Assembly (NCBI GenBank): GCA_963768655.1
Contig: CAVYIM010000003.1
Coordinates: forward strand, 544,001-608,000
Source of the DNA: an uncultured Chloroflexia bacterium
Lineage (GTDB): Bacteria; Chloroflexota; Limnocylindria; Limnocylindrales; CSP1-4
Direction: 5' to 3'
DNA: 64,000 nt
Shown piece by piece: positions 41,464-51,756 of the stretch. The notes beneath the pieces were generated by a model. The model was not told where the DNA came from and ran no database searches. It saw only the letters and a list, made by a program, of their open reading frames with translations. How positions within the stretch are numbered: the first letter of the stretch is position 1; every line of letters starts with the position of its first letter. The position numbers and the translations under genes were made by a program.

Positions 41464-42333
41464 ATGCCGTTTGGAATCGGGGAGCATTGGGTCAAGGCGC
41501 AAGGTCTGGTCGTCGCGAGCCGCGAGATCGGCAGCAAGGGCCTGGGAACGTGGCGCGAGGAGTGGGTGGTCGAGGTCCACACAGCGGAGGGGGAAACGTT
41601 CCGGTCCCCGATCAAGTGGCCGCTGGTCGAACATGATGATTTCAGTTTCATTCCGTGCTCAGAGGGCGAGACGGTCAGAATCGAGTACGACCCCAAGAAC
41701 CACAACCTCCGCTGGGACAAGTCAGATCCGGCGAGAAACATGCTCGCGAAGACGCCCTCCGACGAGCTTGCGCGGCAGAACCAGGCTTTCAACGACGCGT
41801 TGGCGGGACGGACTCCCTCTGCGTCAGGTCCGTCTGTCGCCGGGCTGGATCCGGATCTACAGGAGCTTGTGAACCTTCAGGCCAGGGCGGGCGCTCAGGC
41901 ACCGGCCGCGGACGGCAAGGTGGGCCTCGACTTCCAGTTCGATGCCAGCGGCCGGCCGGCAGCCGGTCAGGTGGAGAACGTGGTCGGCGCGGTTGCCAGC
42001 GGCCAGATGCGGACGATCAGGGGCAAGGCGGACGAGATTCTTGCGACCGGGACTCACGGCACCGCGGTGATCACCACGGCCTCGCCGCTCGGCAAGACGG
42101 TCCGCGACATCAACCCGAACGCCGATCCCTCGCGTCTCAACGACCCCATGTGGCTTTTCACACTCGAGGTCAGTCTGGCCGGCCAACAGCCATTTCCGGC
42201 GGTCTTCGGTCATCGTGTGCCGCTGGCCAAGCTGGCTTCCGTCGCTCCGGGCGTGAAGCTGGCCGTCGCGGTCAACCCGGCGAACCCCAACAACGAGGTC
42301 GCGATCGACTGGGACAAGTCGCCGCTCTCCTGA
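41464..42333 (+). CDS. Hypothetical protein (two small beta-rich domains)
   Basis: 289-aa ORF, AGGAG RBS, typical codon usage. Confidence 0.65.
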   Translation: MPFGIGEHWVKAQGLVVASREIGSKGLGTWREEWVVEVHTAEGETFRSPIKWPLVEHDDFSFIPCSEGETVRIEYDPKNHNLRWDKSDPARNMLAKTPSDELARQNQAFNDALAGRTPSASGPSVAGLDPDLQELVNLQARAGAQAPAADGKVGLDFQFDASGRPAAGQVENVVGAVASGQMRTIRGKADEILATGTHGTAVITTASPLGKTVRDINPNADPSRLNDPMWLFTLEVSLAGQQPFPAVFGHRVPLAKLASVAPGVKLAVAVNPANPNNEVAIDWDKSPLS

Positions 42334-42521
42334 AGCCCACTCGCCTCGGGCACGACGCGCACGGCTCAAGTCACGGCCGCGGTCCTCTGAGTCAGACGAA
42401 GTCCGCGCCGGGCAGGCCTCGAGGTGGATTACTCTCCGCCGACCGGTGCTAGCCTGGCTTCGGTCGAGCACGCGCGGGCTGGCGGCCGTGGACCGGAAGC
42501 GAAAGCCACGTGGGGAGATGC

Positions 42522-42983
42522 ATGGAACACACATACAAGGTCGGCAGCACAGAGCGGATCGGCAACCTGGTCGCGAAGGTGTTGGTGAGAGCGGGAGTCG
42601 GGCCGAAGCGCATGCGCCTCCTCACCATCCAGGGACGCAAGACCGGCAAGCCCCACACGATACCGCTAACTGTGGTCGAGACCGACGGGCAAAGATGGCT
42701 CGTGGCGCCCTATGGCGGCGTGGCCTGGGCCAAGAACGCCAGGGCGTCCGGCACCGCGAAACTGAGCCGGGGTCGAGTGACGGAGCAGGTGAAGGTCGAG
42801 CCGGTCGACGCCCATGAGAGCGCACCCGTGCTGAAGGCCTACATCGGCATAGAGCCGATCACAAGGTCCGCGTTCGAAGTCGGGCCGGACGCGAGCCTGG
42901 AGGAGTTCGAAGCCATCGCGCCGAACCATCCGGTCTTCCGAATCCTCCCGGTCCGGCCGGCCGACTCTGTCGCTTCGGAGTAG
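42522..42983 (+). CDS. Deazaflavin (F420)-dependent nitroreductase family protein
   Basis: LLT..GRKTGK.H..PL, WLVAPYG...WAKNARA.G, HPVFRI. Confidence 0.85.
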   Translation: MEHTYKVGSTERIGNLVAKVLVRAGVGPKRMRLLTIQGRKTGKPHTIPLTVVETDGQRWLVAPYGGVAWAKNARASGTAKLSRGRVTEQVKVEPVDAHESAPVLKAYIGIEPITRSAFEVGPDASLEEFEAIAPNHPVFRILPVRPADSVASE

Positions 42984-43058
42984 CGCCCCCGCTGCGCTGG
43001 TCGTCGACGATCCCGGCCCCCGCTGGGCCAGTTCGAGCAGCGGCGCCGGGGGCATATC

Positions 43059-43721
43059 ATGCAGGCCAACGGAAGGGGGCCATTGGTGGCAGACGCATCG
43101 GTGGGCGCATCCGATCTTCACGGGGCACCGACAAAGCCGGCGCGTCGCGGCCCGATCCCACGCGCCCGGCTGTTTCTAGGTGGCCTGGGCGCGATCGCGC
43201 TGGCGGTCGTGGTCGGGGGAAGCTGGTCGCTGTCGCACTCCAGCTCGCCGTCGGCGCAGGCCAGCCCGTCCTTCGCCGTGTACGCGGTCAATCCCGGCGC
43301 CAGATTGGCGGACATCGCCACGTGCTCCACGCCGGCTCAGACCTACGGCCAGACTCAAGCCGACTGGGGCGAGGACTACTTCATCGGGGTTTACCTCTAT
43401 GTAAACTTCACCGGCCAGCCCGACGCCCACGTCGCTGCCCTGCGGGCGCTCTTGCCGTCCAGTTGTGCGGTCTACGTCCGGATCGTCCCGATCTCGTCGG
43501 CCGCAGGCCGAGCGCTTCAAGAACGGATAGAAGGCGACATGGCGTCGCTCCAGGCCGCGGGGATACCCATCAACTCTGTCGGTTTCAACCCGATGAGCGA
43601 CAAGGTCGAAGTGGGCGTCTATCCGCTGACGCCACAGGCTCAAGCCGAGTTGGAGCGGCGATACCCAACGGGGATGCTGGACATCCACCAAGAGGCACCC
43701 GCCGTGCCGGTAGCGTCATAA
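43059..43721 (+). CDS. Hypothetical membrane-anchored protein
   Basis: One TM helix, Ser-rich linker, small extracellular domain. Confidence 0.55.
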   Translation: MQANGRGPLVADASVGASDLHGAPTKPARRGPIPRARLFLGGLGAIALAVVVGGSWSLSHSSSPSAQASPSFAVYAVNPGARLADIATCSTPAQTYGQTQADWGEDYFIGVYLYVNFTGQPDAHVAALRALLPSSCAVYVRIVPISSAAGRALQERIEGDMASLQAAGIPINSVGFNPMSDKVEVGVYPLTPQAQAELERRYPTGMLDIHQEAPAVPVAS

Positions 43722-43767
43722 GGTAGTCCGTCGATGCGGCACTGGGCACGGATCTCGCGGAAAGGAG

Positions 43768-43829
43768 TGGTGGACCTCGCCCGACTGACGGCGAACCGCC
43801 CCGGGGGATCGATCCAGCGTTCCTTGGTA
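43768..43829 (+). repeat. att-like direct repeat, copy B
   Basis: TGGTGGACCTCGCCCGACTGACGGCGAACCGCCC; 33/34 identical to copy C. Confidence 0.85.
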
Positions 43830-43891
43830 CTGGTCCGGCCGTCTCGTCCTGCGGTCTGCAGTTCGTCCGCTCGCCCTGTGGCCGGGGCACC

Positions 43892-45205
43892 CTAGCCCGA
43901 GTGTTCCGAGGTCAGGACCGACAGCGGCACGCCGCGGATCCTCTCTTGCAGCGGGTCATCACGCCCGAACTCCTCACTCCAGACGAGCCAGTCGCCACGG
44001 ACGGAAACCTCGTAGCTCTCGCTGCCTTCAGTGTCGACCTGCACCGGCGACGACCAGCCCGGTTGCCAGATGGTCAGCACATCGTGCCAGGCCTGTCCCC
44101 AGGCCTCCTGCTCCCACCAGGCCACGGCGCCCGAGCCGCATGCCATGCCGTCTATCCCCTTGGTGCCGGTGTCGCTGTCTGCGGGGCTGATCGGCTGGGC
44201 ACCTGTGTAAGGAGCGGCTCCGGTGTAGAGGCGCGGAGCCTGGAAGAAGCCTCCGGTCTCCGCATCCGCAATGGGATCGACTACCCACGCAGCCAGATCG
44301 GCCGCTGCATTGATCTGGTAGGCGGCTGCACCGATCTGCCTGGACCCACCCGAAGGCGTCCAGTGCCAGAGATGCGTGTGGCTGACGGTCCCCATGGTCG
44401 CGTCGTAGGCACCCGCCGAGTAGAGCAGACCGTCACCCACCAGGGCCATGTCGAACGGGTCCTGCGACGTCTGGATCGTGGCCTGGACCTTGCCCGAGAG
44501 GTCTCTGATCTCGATCTGCCAGCCGCGCGCGAGAGACTCGAGCATTGCGATGCGGCTCCCGTCGAATCGGATCTCGGTGACCTCGGAGTGGCCCCCGAAC
44601 CTCGGTGTCAGGCCCTGGGTCACGATCTTGACCGCGCCAGTCGCGAGATCCATGGCCTTGACGGCCCACTCCTTTGTAGGCGCGTAAACGTCTGAACCCG
44701 CGTGAGCTACTTCGAGCCAAACCAGCTGGCCGCCGGCGAGCTGGGGGTCGACTATCGCCACGCGCAGCGAGGTGCTCTCCTTCGCCTGGTAGACGATCTT
44801 GACCGACTTGGTCGTGAGATCCCCGTACCAGAGATCACCATCGTTCTCGTAGTCCGCGCTGTTGAACGCGATCTTGGAGCCGTCATTGGTGAGGTACTTG
44901 ATCTGTGGGTGGGTGAAGGGTCCGATGTCCTGGCAGGCGTCCGAGCCGAGCGGAATGGAGATGTGCGCGAAGGCGTACTGGGGCTCGGGACGCGTGCCGT
45001 GGGAGTCCCCGCAAGCTGTTCCCGAAGACGGGCTGGCGGTCGCGGCCGGCTCGGTCGACGACGGGCTCGCAGCCTGCTCCGAAGGTGATCCGACCGCGGA
45101 AGCACTGCTTGGGCTGGGGCTTGGCGTGCTGGTCGTCGTCGTGGGACTGTTCGATCCACAGCCCGAGATCACGAGGGCGATGGCGAGGGCACGCGCCCCC
45201 GCCAT
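43892..45205 (-). CDS. Lipoprotein with S/T/P linker and probable beta-propeller domain
   Basis: Lipobox ISGC; repeated Trp-containing beta motifs (LVW.E, VAWWE, LVWSE). Confidence 0.7.
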   Translation of the reverse strand: MAGARALAIALVISGCGSNSPTTTTSTPSPSPSSASAVGSPSEQAASPSSTEPAATASPSSGTACGDSHGTRPEPQYAFAHISIPLGSDACQDIGPFTHPQIKYLTNDGSKIAFNSADYENDGDLWYGDLTTKSVKIVYQAKESTSLRVAIVDPQLAGGQLVWLEVAHAGSDVYAPTKEWAVKAMDLATGAVKIVTQGLTPRFGGHSEVTEIRFDGSRIAMLESLARGWQIEIRDLSGKVQATIQTSQDPFDMALVGDGLLYSAGAYDATMGTVSHTHLWHWTPSGGSRQIGAAAYQINAAADLAAWVVDPIADAETGGFFQAPRLYTGAAPYTGAQPISPADSDTGTKGIDGMACGSGAVAWWEQEAWGQAWHDVLTIWQPGWSSPVQVDTEGSESYEVSVRGDWLVWSEEFGRDDPLQERIRGVPLSVLTSEHSG

Positions 45206-45215
45206 CACAGCTGCC

Positions 45216-46169
45216 CTAGTACCAGAGCGGCGCCTGAATGCCACTGCCAGTCGCCTCTTTGTCCATGGCCTGGTAGTAGTTGGCCTGGGGCATCACCCAG
45301 TAGCAGCCCCACGTCCCTGATCCGTACGCGGTGCTAATGCACGCGGCATTGCTGCTGCTGGTCCGCTTCGACCAAGGATCGTAGCTCGTGACCGTGCCCG
45401 CGTTGTCGTCATAGCCCGTCGCCTCAGTGGCATGCAACCCGCCAGACGTGAAGTTGCCGTAACCGCCGTTGGCCAGGCTGACCCTCACGTAGTTGGCTTC
45501 CAGGTAGCCCCAGAGGTCCTCCCGCACGAAGCTCATGAACGTCGCGGTCGATGTCGGCTTCACAGGATAGTAATAGAAGGTGTACCCGTGATTCGAGAAC
45601 TGGGCATTGATCCAGGGGAGCGCGTGGATGTCGTTCACACCGCTCGCGGTCCCTTGAAGAGCGGCGAAGATCGCGTCTTGGCCCTTCCTGACAGTCCCTT
45701 TTCCCATCGTCTCATATGACGTGCCCAGGTCGAACACCGCGAACGACTGTACGGCAGCCACAACGCAGTAGATCGTTGTCTGCTCGTGCATGCCCGGGAA
45801 GAAGCTTGTGATGTCAAAACTGCAAGGGAACCCGTCAACGCAAGTGGCGTACATCGGCTGCACTGCACCTGTGCTCAGGGCCGCCCCAACACCAGTCTTG
45901 ATGCCTCGGCTCACGGGCTGGGCCGTGATGGTACCAGCGTCGATCTCAGCTGTAATGGCGTCCTTCAGCTGCTTGTAGGCGGCGGGAACACCGTCGTCTA
46001 CGGCCGGCCCCCCGGACCCGATCGGAATGGCAATTCCGGTGCCGGTACCGGTGTAGGCGGGCGCAACCGCGTTCGGATTCGCCGCGTAGGCGACGGAAGA
46101 CGACGCGCAACCCAATGCCAGAGCAGCCAACACTGCTGCTAGCGCGCGTCGGCCCACGAGACATACCAT
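45216..46169 (-). CDS. Secreted protein with putative C39-like (papain-fold) peptidase domain
   Basis: Signal peptide ending AYA; EQTTIYC..A and H....GYD.......YDPW motifs. Confidence 0.6.
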   Translation of the reverse strand: MVCLVGRRALAAVLAALALGCASSSVAYAANPNAVAPAYTGTGTGIAIPIGSGGPAVDDGVPAAYKQLKDAITAEIDAGTITAQPVSRGIKTGVGAALSTGAVQPMYATCVDGFPCSFDITSFFPGMHEQTTIYCVVAAVQSFAVFDLGTSYETMGKGTVRKGQDAIFAALQGTASGVNDIHALPWINAQFSNHGYTFYYYPVKPTSTATFMSFVREDLWGYLEANYVRVSLANGGYGNFTSGGLHATEATGYDDNAGTVTSYDPWSKRTSSSNAACISTAYGSGTWGCYWVMPQANYYQAMDKEATGSGIQAPLWY

Positions 46170-46269
46170 GGAACCCCCACTCGGACAGCCCCGGGTCCCT
46201 CGCCCGGGCTCGATGTCTGTCCACTAGGACACTACATGCTAGGCATCACCCAGTCAACACGAACGTTGC

Positions 46270-46334
46270 TGGTGGACCTCGCGCGACTGACGGCGAACCG
46301 CCCGTGCGGAAAGATCCGATGCTCGCTAGCGATG
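46270..46334 (+). repeat. att-like direct repeat, copy C
   Basis: TGGTGGACCTCGCGCGACTGACGGCGAACCGCCC...GATCCGATGCTCGCT. Confidence 0.85.
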
Positions 46335-46544
46335 GCCCGGAAGTCCGGCCGGGTGGGTCGTGGCCGGCTTGAGGCCGACTGCCCGGCGTGAAGTCGCGTC
46401 GGGACTTCGTAGTTCATAGCCGATCGTTGTGATACGCCGCTGTGCCTACATTGGGGCGAACAGTCCCGGCCGGCTACTCGCCATCAGAACACGGATAGGT
46501 AGCGGCTCCTGAGCGGCAAGGCAGAGGACCACCCTGAAGTAAGG

Positions 46545-46571
46545 TGCAACGGCGGCCCGGGGTCAGGCGTT
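46545..46571 (+). promoter_or_regulatory. Putative ECF promoter TGCAAC-N17-CGTT
   Basis: AAC/CGT motif 17 nt upstream of the ECF sigma start. Confidence 0.5.
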
Positions 46572-46588
46572 AGACCTGATAGAAGGGA

Positions 46589-47086
46589 GTGGCGGTGGAA
46601 TCGGTCGCGGACGCGAGCCGAAGCGAAGCAGAGGGTTTCGACGCGGCCGTCCGCCGGCACGAGAGCTGGCTGATCGGGCGGCTCGCGCTCGTCGTCGGCG
46701 ACCGCGAGGAGGCCCGCGATCTCGCTCAGCAGACGTTCCTCAGAGCCGCCGAGCGCTGGCCCATCGGCACGGACGGCGAGGTCGCGCGCTGGCTCTCTGT
46801 GGTAGGCGTGCGGCTCGCGATCGACGAGCGCAGGCGGCGCCGGCGCTGGGGCTTCCTGCCTATCGAAGAGGCGGATTCGACCTGGGCTCTTGCCGCCGAC
46901 CCCGACGTGTGGCGGGCCCTATCGCGGCTCGACCGTCGTACCCGAGCGGCGCTGGTGCTCACGGTGATCGAGGGCTACTCGCAGGATGAAGTCGCGGAGG
47001 CTCTCGGCGTACCCCGCGGGACGCTGGCCAGCTGGCTGTCTCGGGCGCGGAGTCGCCTTCGCGCGGCACTAGAGGAGCGTGAGTAG
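46589..47086 (+). CDS. ECF-type sigma-70 family sigma factor
   Basis: ARDLAQQTFLRA, WL..V..RLAID..RR, EVAEALGVPRGT..S.LSRAR. Confidence 0.88.
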   Translation: MAVESVADASRSEAEGFDAAVRRHESWLIGRLALVVGDREEARDLAQQTFLRAAERWPIGTDGEVARWLSVVGVRLAIDERRRRRRWGFLPIEEADSTWALAADPDVWRALSRLDRRTRAALVLTVIEGYSQDEVAEALGVPRGTLASWLSRARSRLRAALEERE

Positions 47087-47088
47087 CG

Positions 47089-47727
47089 ATGGACGATCTC
47101 GACGCTCGGATCCGGACCCGCCTCGTCGCCCTGGCGGACGCAGCCACGCGAGAACCGGTCACTCCCGCGGCCGCGACTCTCGGGCAGCGTCCTCGGGTGC
47201 GGAGTGCCGCGCCTGTCGGAGTGCTGGCTCTCGGTGCGGTCCTTCTTGCTGCGGTCGTGATCGGAGTCCGCCTGGGCCGGCAGCCCGGCGTCGCGCCCTC
47301 TCCGGCCGCTCAGTCACCGTCTGCGATCGTGGCGAGCCCCTCTACGAGCCTCGCTTCGGTCGTGCCGACGGTCACCCCATCGCCCTCGCCCACCATTGCT
47401 TCGGCCGCACCCACCGTGACCCCGTCGCCGCTGCCGTCGGGCGGGATCTCCGAGGAGCGCGCCATCGAGCTTGCCAGGCAGCAGGGCTTCTATACCTTCG
47501 TCAGCGCCGTCGCTGGTACGTTCGAACAGAACAACATAGGGATCGGGCCGGGCGCAGGGATCGCGCAGGATCGAATGGTCTGGGCCGTCACACTTTCGGG
47601 CACTGCCGCTCCCTGCCCGCCCAACGGAGCGACGTGTGGGCCGCCCAGGGCCGGCACTGTGATTTACTACTTCGACTACTACACGGGCGCCTTCCTAGCC
47701 AGCTACGGCTCATTCCCTGCGCCATAG
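47089..47727 (+). CDS. Putative anti-sigma-like membrane protein
   Basis: Follows sigma gene; MDDLDARIR N-terminus, TM helix, S/P/T linker, small Cys-pair domain. Confidence 0.7.
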   Translation: MDDLDARIRTRLVALADAATREPVTPAAATLGQRPRVRSAAPVGVLALGAVLLAAVVIGVRLGRQPGVAPSPAAQSPSAIVASPSTSLASVVPTVTPSPSPTIASAAPTVTPSPLPSGGISEERAIELARQQGFYTFVSAVAGTFEQNNIGIGPGAGIAQDRMVWAVTLSGTAAPCPPNGATCGPPRAGTVIYYFDYYTGAFLASYGSFPAP

Positions 47728-47752
47728 GCTCAGCGCGTTCCGCTGCGCCGGA

Positions 47753-47806
47753 GCCCGACTGACGGCGAACCGCCTGGGTGGGATGGTGCGGTGCTCGCTG
47801 GCAATG
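47753..47806 (+). repeat. att-like direct repeat, copy D (5'-truncated)
   Basis: GCCCGACTGACGGCGAACCGCC...GTGCTCGCTGGCAATG. Confidence 0.75.
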
Positions 47807-48133
47807 CCGAGCGACTGGCGTCGGAGCGGGGCGTCGCATTTGGCGACGGTATCGAGGCCGATCGCCTGGCCTTTGGCTGGGCCGCCTCGAAGTGCGAGTG
47901 GCCTCAGATAAGCGGCGGCGCCTGGCCAAGCATCGCCGTGAGCTCCAACGTTGGGGACGTGCCCGACTCTCCGGCGACCAGCGCCGAGCACAGGTGTTGC
48001 GGCCCTGGACGCTGCGCGGCGTGGTGCGCCGGGGCCGAAGACGCGAGCCGTGAGGCGGTTCCGCGAGGCTTGGAGGCTCGGTACGTCACAATTGTCGATG
48101 GGGCGAATCTCGCGCGATCTCGGAGGAGACAAG

Positions 48134-48901
48134 GTGGGCGATCGGCTGACATTCCTCGGCCATTCGACCGTCCTGGTCGACCTCGATGGCGCCCGAGTGT
48201 TGACGGATCCGCTGCTGGGCCACCTGGCGATAGCCATCCGGCGCCAGGTGCCTGCCGTGCCTCCTGACACCCTCCGTGACCTTTCGGCGGTCTTCATCAG
48301 CCACGGTCACCTGGATCATCTGGATCTCGAATCCCTTCGGGCTCTTCCGGGCCAACCGGCGCTCATCGTCCCGGTCGGCCTGGGGCGCGTCGTGGCAAAG
48401 GTCGCGCGCGGCGCGGTCCGCGAGGTGCGGGCCGGCGACCGGCTGCAGGTCGGCGATCTGACGCTGGAGGCCGTCCACGCAGAGCACAGCCGCCGCCGCT
48501 CGCTCTTCACGGCCGCCGAGGGTCCTCTGGGCATCCTCATCGTCGGGTCGACGCGCGTCTACTTCGCCGGCGACACCGGCCTCTTCCCGGGAATGCGGCA
48601 GCTGGCCGGGCGGGTCGACGTGGCGCTCCTGCCGGTGAGCGGTTGGGGTCCCACGCTCGGGCGCGGCCATCTGGACCCGCAGACGGCGGCCGAGGCGGCC
48701 GTACGGATCGGCCCCGCGATCGCCACTCCCATCCACTGGGGCACGCTTTATCCACTCGGCCTCCGGCGCCTTGCGAGCCGCCAGTTCGAGGGACCGGGCG
48801 AGGCTTTCCGCCAGGCGGTCGCCGCGCGCGACGCTCGAATTGACGTGCGCGTTCTGCAGCCGGGGCAATCGATGGCCCTCGACGGGAGGGCCGGGCGATG
48901 A
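48134..48901 (+). CDS. MBL-fold metallo-hydrolase (UlaG-like)
   Basis: FLGHST, LTDP, SHGHLDHLD, YFAGDT, PIHWGT. Confidence 0.88.
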   Translation: MGDRLTFLGHSTVLVDLDGARVLTDPLLGHLAIAIRRQVPAVPPDTLRDLSAVFISHGHLDHLDLESLRALPGQPALIVPVGLGRVVAKVARGAVREVRAGDRLQVGDLTLEAVHAEHSRRRSLFTAAEGPLGILIVGSTRVYFAGDTGLFPGMRQLAGRVDVALLPVSGWGPTLGRGHLDPQTAAEAAVRIGPAIATPIHWGTLYPLGLRRLASRQFEGPGEAFRQAVAARDARIDVRVLQPGQSMALDGRAGR

Positions 48902-50985
48902 CGCCCGAGATCGGCAAGGGGTCCGCGCCCCTGGCCCGCCGCGCGTTCGACTTCTATCGCCTCCAGGCTCGCCTGATGTGGGAGTGGCGGCCGAGCCGCC
49001 TGGCGATCCTGCGCCGCGCGGTCCTGTCGTTCGTGGGGGCCTGTCTGGTGCTGGCCATCACGGACGCCGTGCTCCCGGGGTTGAGCATCGACAGCCCCGG
49101 CCCGCTGCTGCTTGCCGGGCTCCTGCTGGCGGCCCTCGACAGCTGTTCCGACATGGTCCTCCACTGGCTGCTCGTAGCCTGGCCCATCTTCGTCGCCCAG
49201 ACCGTGGGCCTGGCCGTCCAGTTCGTGGCCATCATCATCATCGGGCAGGTGCTGCCGGGAGTACGGGTGGACGGCATGGGGACTGCAGTCTGGGGAGCTG
49301 TGCTGCTGACGTTGCTCAACAGCCTGTTCGCCGACATCGTCTCGGTCAGTGACGACAATTCCTGCTACAGCGTTCTTGTCCGGCGGTTGGTGGCACGAGA
49401 CTTCGGACGCGCCAAGGATCGGACCCCGGGCCTGCTGGTCGTCCAGATCGACGGACTGAGCTTGCCCGTCCTGCAGCAGGCGATTCGGGCTGGCCGGGTG
49501 CCCATCCTCGGTCGGTTGCTGCGCGACGGCGAGGCCACCCTCCACCCGTGGATCGCTTTGCTCCCGCCCACGACGCCGGCCAGTCAGGCCGGCATCCTGC
49601 ACGGCCGCAACGACGGCATCCCCGGCTTCCGCTGGTACGAAAAGGCGAGCAATCGGTTGATGGTGGCCAACCATCCGGACGATGCGGCCGAGATCGTCCG
49701 TCGCATCAGCGATGGCACGGGCCTGCTGGTCGACGACGGGGCCAGCGTCGGCAATCTCGTGACCGGCGACGCGCCGCGCAGCTACCTGACCATGGCCACG
49801 ATCGCGGAGGGCGCGTCGACCGACGACGAACGGCGCCTGCGCGGCTTGTTCGTTACCACCGTCGACTACATCCGCCTGGCGGTGCTGATGGTCGGCGAGA
49901 TGGCCAAGGAGCTGTACCAGGCGGAGCGCCAGCGTGCCCGATCGGTCGAGCCCCGCATGCACCGCGATCTGCACTTCGCCCTCGAAAGAGCCGTCACCAA
50001 TGTCGCGCTGCGGACGGTATCGACCGCCCTCGTCATCGAGGAGATGCACAGCTCGGCGCCGACCATCTATGTCGACTACACGGGCTACGATGCTATCTCG
50101 CACCACTGCGGCCCTGAGCGCGAGGAGGCGATCGACGCGCTCAGAGGCATCGATCGGGCCATCGGGTCCCTGATGAAGGCCGCTCGCCACGCCAGGCGGG
50201 CGTATCGGCTGGTCGTGCTGTCCGACCACGGCCAGTGCCTGGGCGCAACCTTCAGCCAGCGCCACGGCGAGCCGCTCGAGGCCGCGATAGCGGCGCTCCT
50301 TCCTCGCACGATGACCGTTTTCGGCACCACCGCCGCGGTCGAATCGGCCGGCATCGGCCGGCGCATCGCGGCCGAATTCAGCCGCGGCTCCAGCCTTGCA
50401 CCGTTGGTCGCTCGCCGGCTGCGCCGCGCGCTCGGCCGCCCCGAGGCTGCTTCCGGGGCGCCGGGGGACGTCATCGTGTGCTCCTCCGGCAGCCTGGCTC
50501 ACGTCTACTTCACGGGCGAGCCCTATCGCTTGAGCTGCGAGACGATCGAGGCGCGCTACCCAGGCCTGATCGAAGGGCTAGCGAATCATCCTGACATAGG
50601 AGCGCTGCTGGTCAGGTCCGACGCCGGTCATATGCTGGTGCGGGGGCCGCGCGGCCCGCTCGACGTGACCGCAGGCCAGCCCGAGGGCAGCGACCCCCTG
50701 CCCGACTACGGTCCGCGGGCCGCCGAAGACCTGCGGCACCTCGGGGGCTTTCCGAACGCCGGCGACCTGATACTGCTGGGCGCCGTCGACCGCGAGTCAG
50801 GCGAGGTCACCGCATTCGAGGAGCTCATCGGCTCGCATGGCGGCCTAGGCGGCTGGCAGGGCGAGCCATTCATCCTGTGCCCGGCAACCCTGAACCTGGC
50901 CGAGGATGCACTGCTGGGGGCGCCGGCCGTGTATCGCCAGTTGGTGGCGTGGCGGGCGCAATTGCAGGGCGAGCAGGGGGGCTGA
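48898..50985 (+). CDS. 4-TM phage-holin-like membrane domain fused to alkaline phosphatase/phosphodiesterase superfamily domain
   Basis: N-terminal four TM; QIDGL, TPASQ, YD..SHH, LSDHGQ, GSHGG motifs. Confidence 0.8.
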   Translation: MTPEIGKGSAPLARRAFDFYRLQARLMWEWRPSRLAILRRAVLSFVGACLVLAITDAVLPGLSIDSPGPLLLAGLLLAALDSCSDMVLHWLLVAWPIFVAQTVGLAVQFVAIIIIGQVLPGVRVDGMGTAVWGAVLLTLLNSLFADIVSVSDDNSCYSVLVRRLVARDFGRAKDRTPGLLVVQIDGLSLPVLQQAIRAGRVPILGRLLRDGEATLHPWIALLPPTTPASQAGILHGRNDGIPGFRWYEKASNRLMVANHPDDAAEIVRRISDGTGLLVDDGASVGNLVTGDAPRSYLTMATIAEGASTDDERRLRGLFVTTVDYIRLAVLMVGEMAKELYQAERQRARSVEPRMHRDLHFALERAVTNVALRTVSTALVIEEMHSSAPTIYVDYTGYDAISHHCGPEREEAIDALRGIDRAIGSLMKAARHARRAYRLVVLSDHGQCLGATFSQRHGEPLEAAIAALLPRTMTVFGTTAAVESAGIGRRIAAEFSRGSSLAPLVARRLRRALGRPEAASGAPGDVIVCSSGSLAHVYFTGEPYRLSCETIEARYPGLIEGLANHPDIGALLVRSDAGHMLVRGPRGPLDVTAGQPEGSDPLPDYGPRAAEDLRHLGGFPNAGDLILLGAVDRESGEVTAFEELIGSHGGLGGWQGEPFILCPATLNLAEDALLGAPAVYRQLVAWRAQLQGEQGG

Positions 50986-51054
50986 CGCCGCGTCCGACCG
51001 GACCGCGTCGCGAACAGTCCGGCCACCAGAACGGAGGGTCGCCGGGACTCAGGT

Positions 51055-51585
51055 CTAGGCGCCGCCGCTCGGTGCCCCTCGGTAACCGTCTTCGAGGTCG
51101 TTCTTGGCGTTCAGCATCGCCTTCTTGAAGTCGATCACGTGGGAAAGCATGTGGTAGCGGTCTATGGCGTCGTCGTTCGCGGTCAGGATCTCGAGGTCTC
51201 CGTAGCGCAGCATCCGCGCGAGCAGGCCCTGCTTGAGGACCGCGTCGTTGATCTTGTCGAGCGAGCTGTCGCCGCTCTTCTTGTCCAGCAGGCCTTGGAC
51301 CTTGAGCACCCGACGACCGGTGACGATGTACTCCTCTGCGCGCCAGGTGAGGTAGACAATCGCGATCCAGACGATGCCGATGATGAGGAGCAATGCGCTA
51401 ATGCCGGCCATGATCTGCCAGCCGGTGCCGGTGGCCTTCCAGAGCGTGGCCAGGAAGAAGATCACCAGCCCCAGGAGCACGATCACGATGGGCCGCAACG
51501 AGTGGGACAGGGGCGCCAGCCAGTGCTGTCTGCCCCGATAGAGGACCTTTTCGTCCTTCGCCATCAACGAGTCCGCGTAGCTCAT
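51055..51585 (-). CDS. Bacterial PH (bPH_2) domain membrane protein
   Basis: Two TM helices then YIVTGRRV..V.GLL.K....L.KIND..QG...R...YGDLEI. Confidence 0.8.
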   Translation of the reverse strand: MSYADSLMAKDEKVLYRGRQHWLAPLSHSLRPIVIVLLGLVIFFLATLWKATGTGWQIMAGISALLLIIGIVWIAIVYLTWRAEEYIVTGRRVLKVQGLLDKKSGDSSLDKINDAVLKQGLLARMLRYGDLEILTANDDAIDRYHMLSHVIDFKKAMLNAKNDLEDGYRGAPSGGA

Positions 51586-51756
51586 CCTCGTCTCCTTCAT
51601 GGCCCGTCCACCGCCGGGCGAGTGCGCTCTCAAGCCCGTGGGTGGGGCGGGCGCAGACATCTTCGATCAGGCCCGCTCGACCCGCACATCGTGATCGTAT
51701 GTCTGACCGTGCAGGCCCGCGGGCGCGAGGGTTTCGACCGTCGGGATGCCCGACCC

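Noticed and set aside
48898-50985. Prophage lysis module
   Set aside because: The holin-like domain is fused to a phosphodiesterase, and there are no endolysin or phage structural genes.
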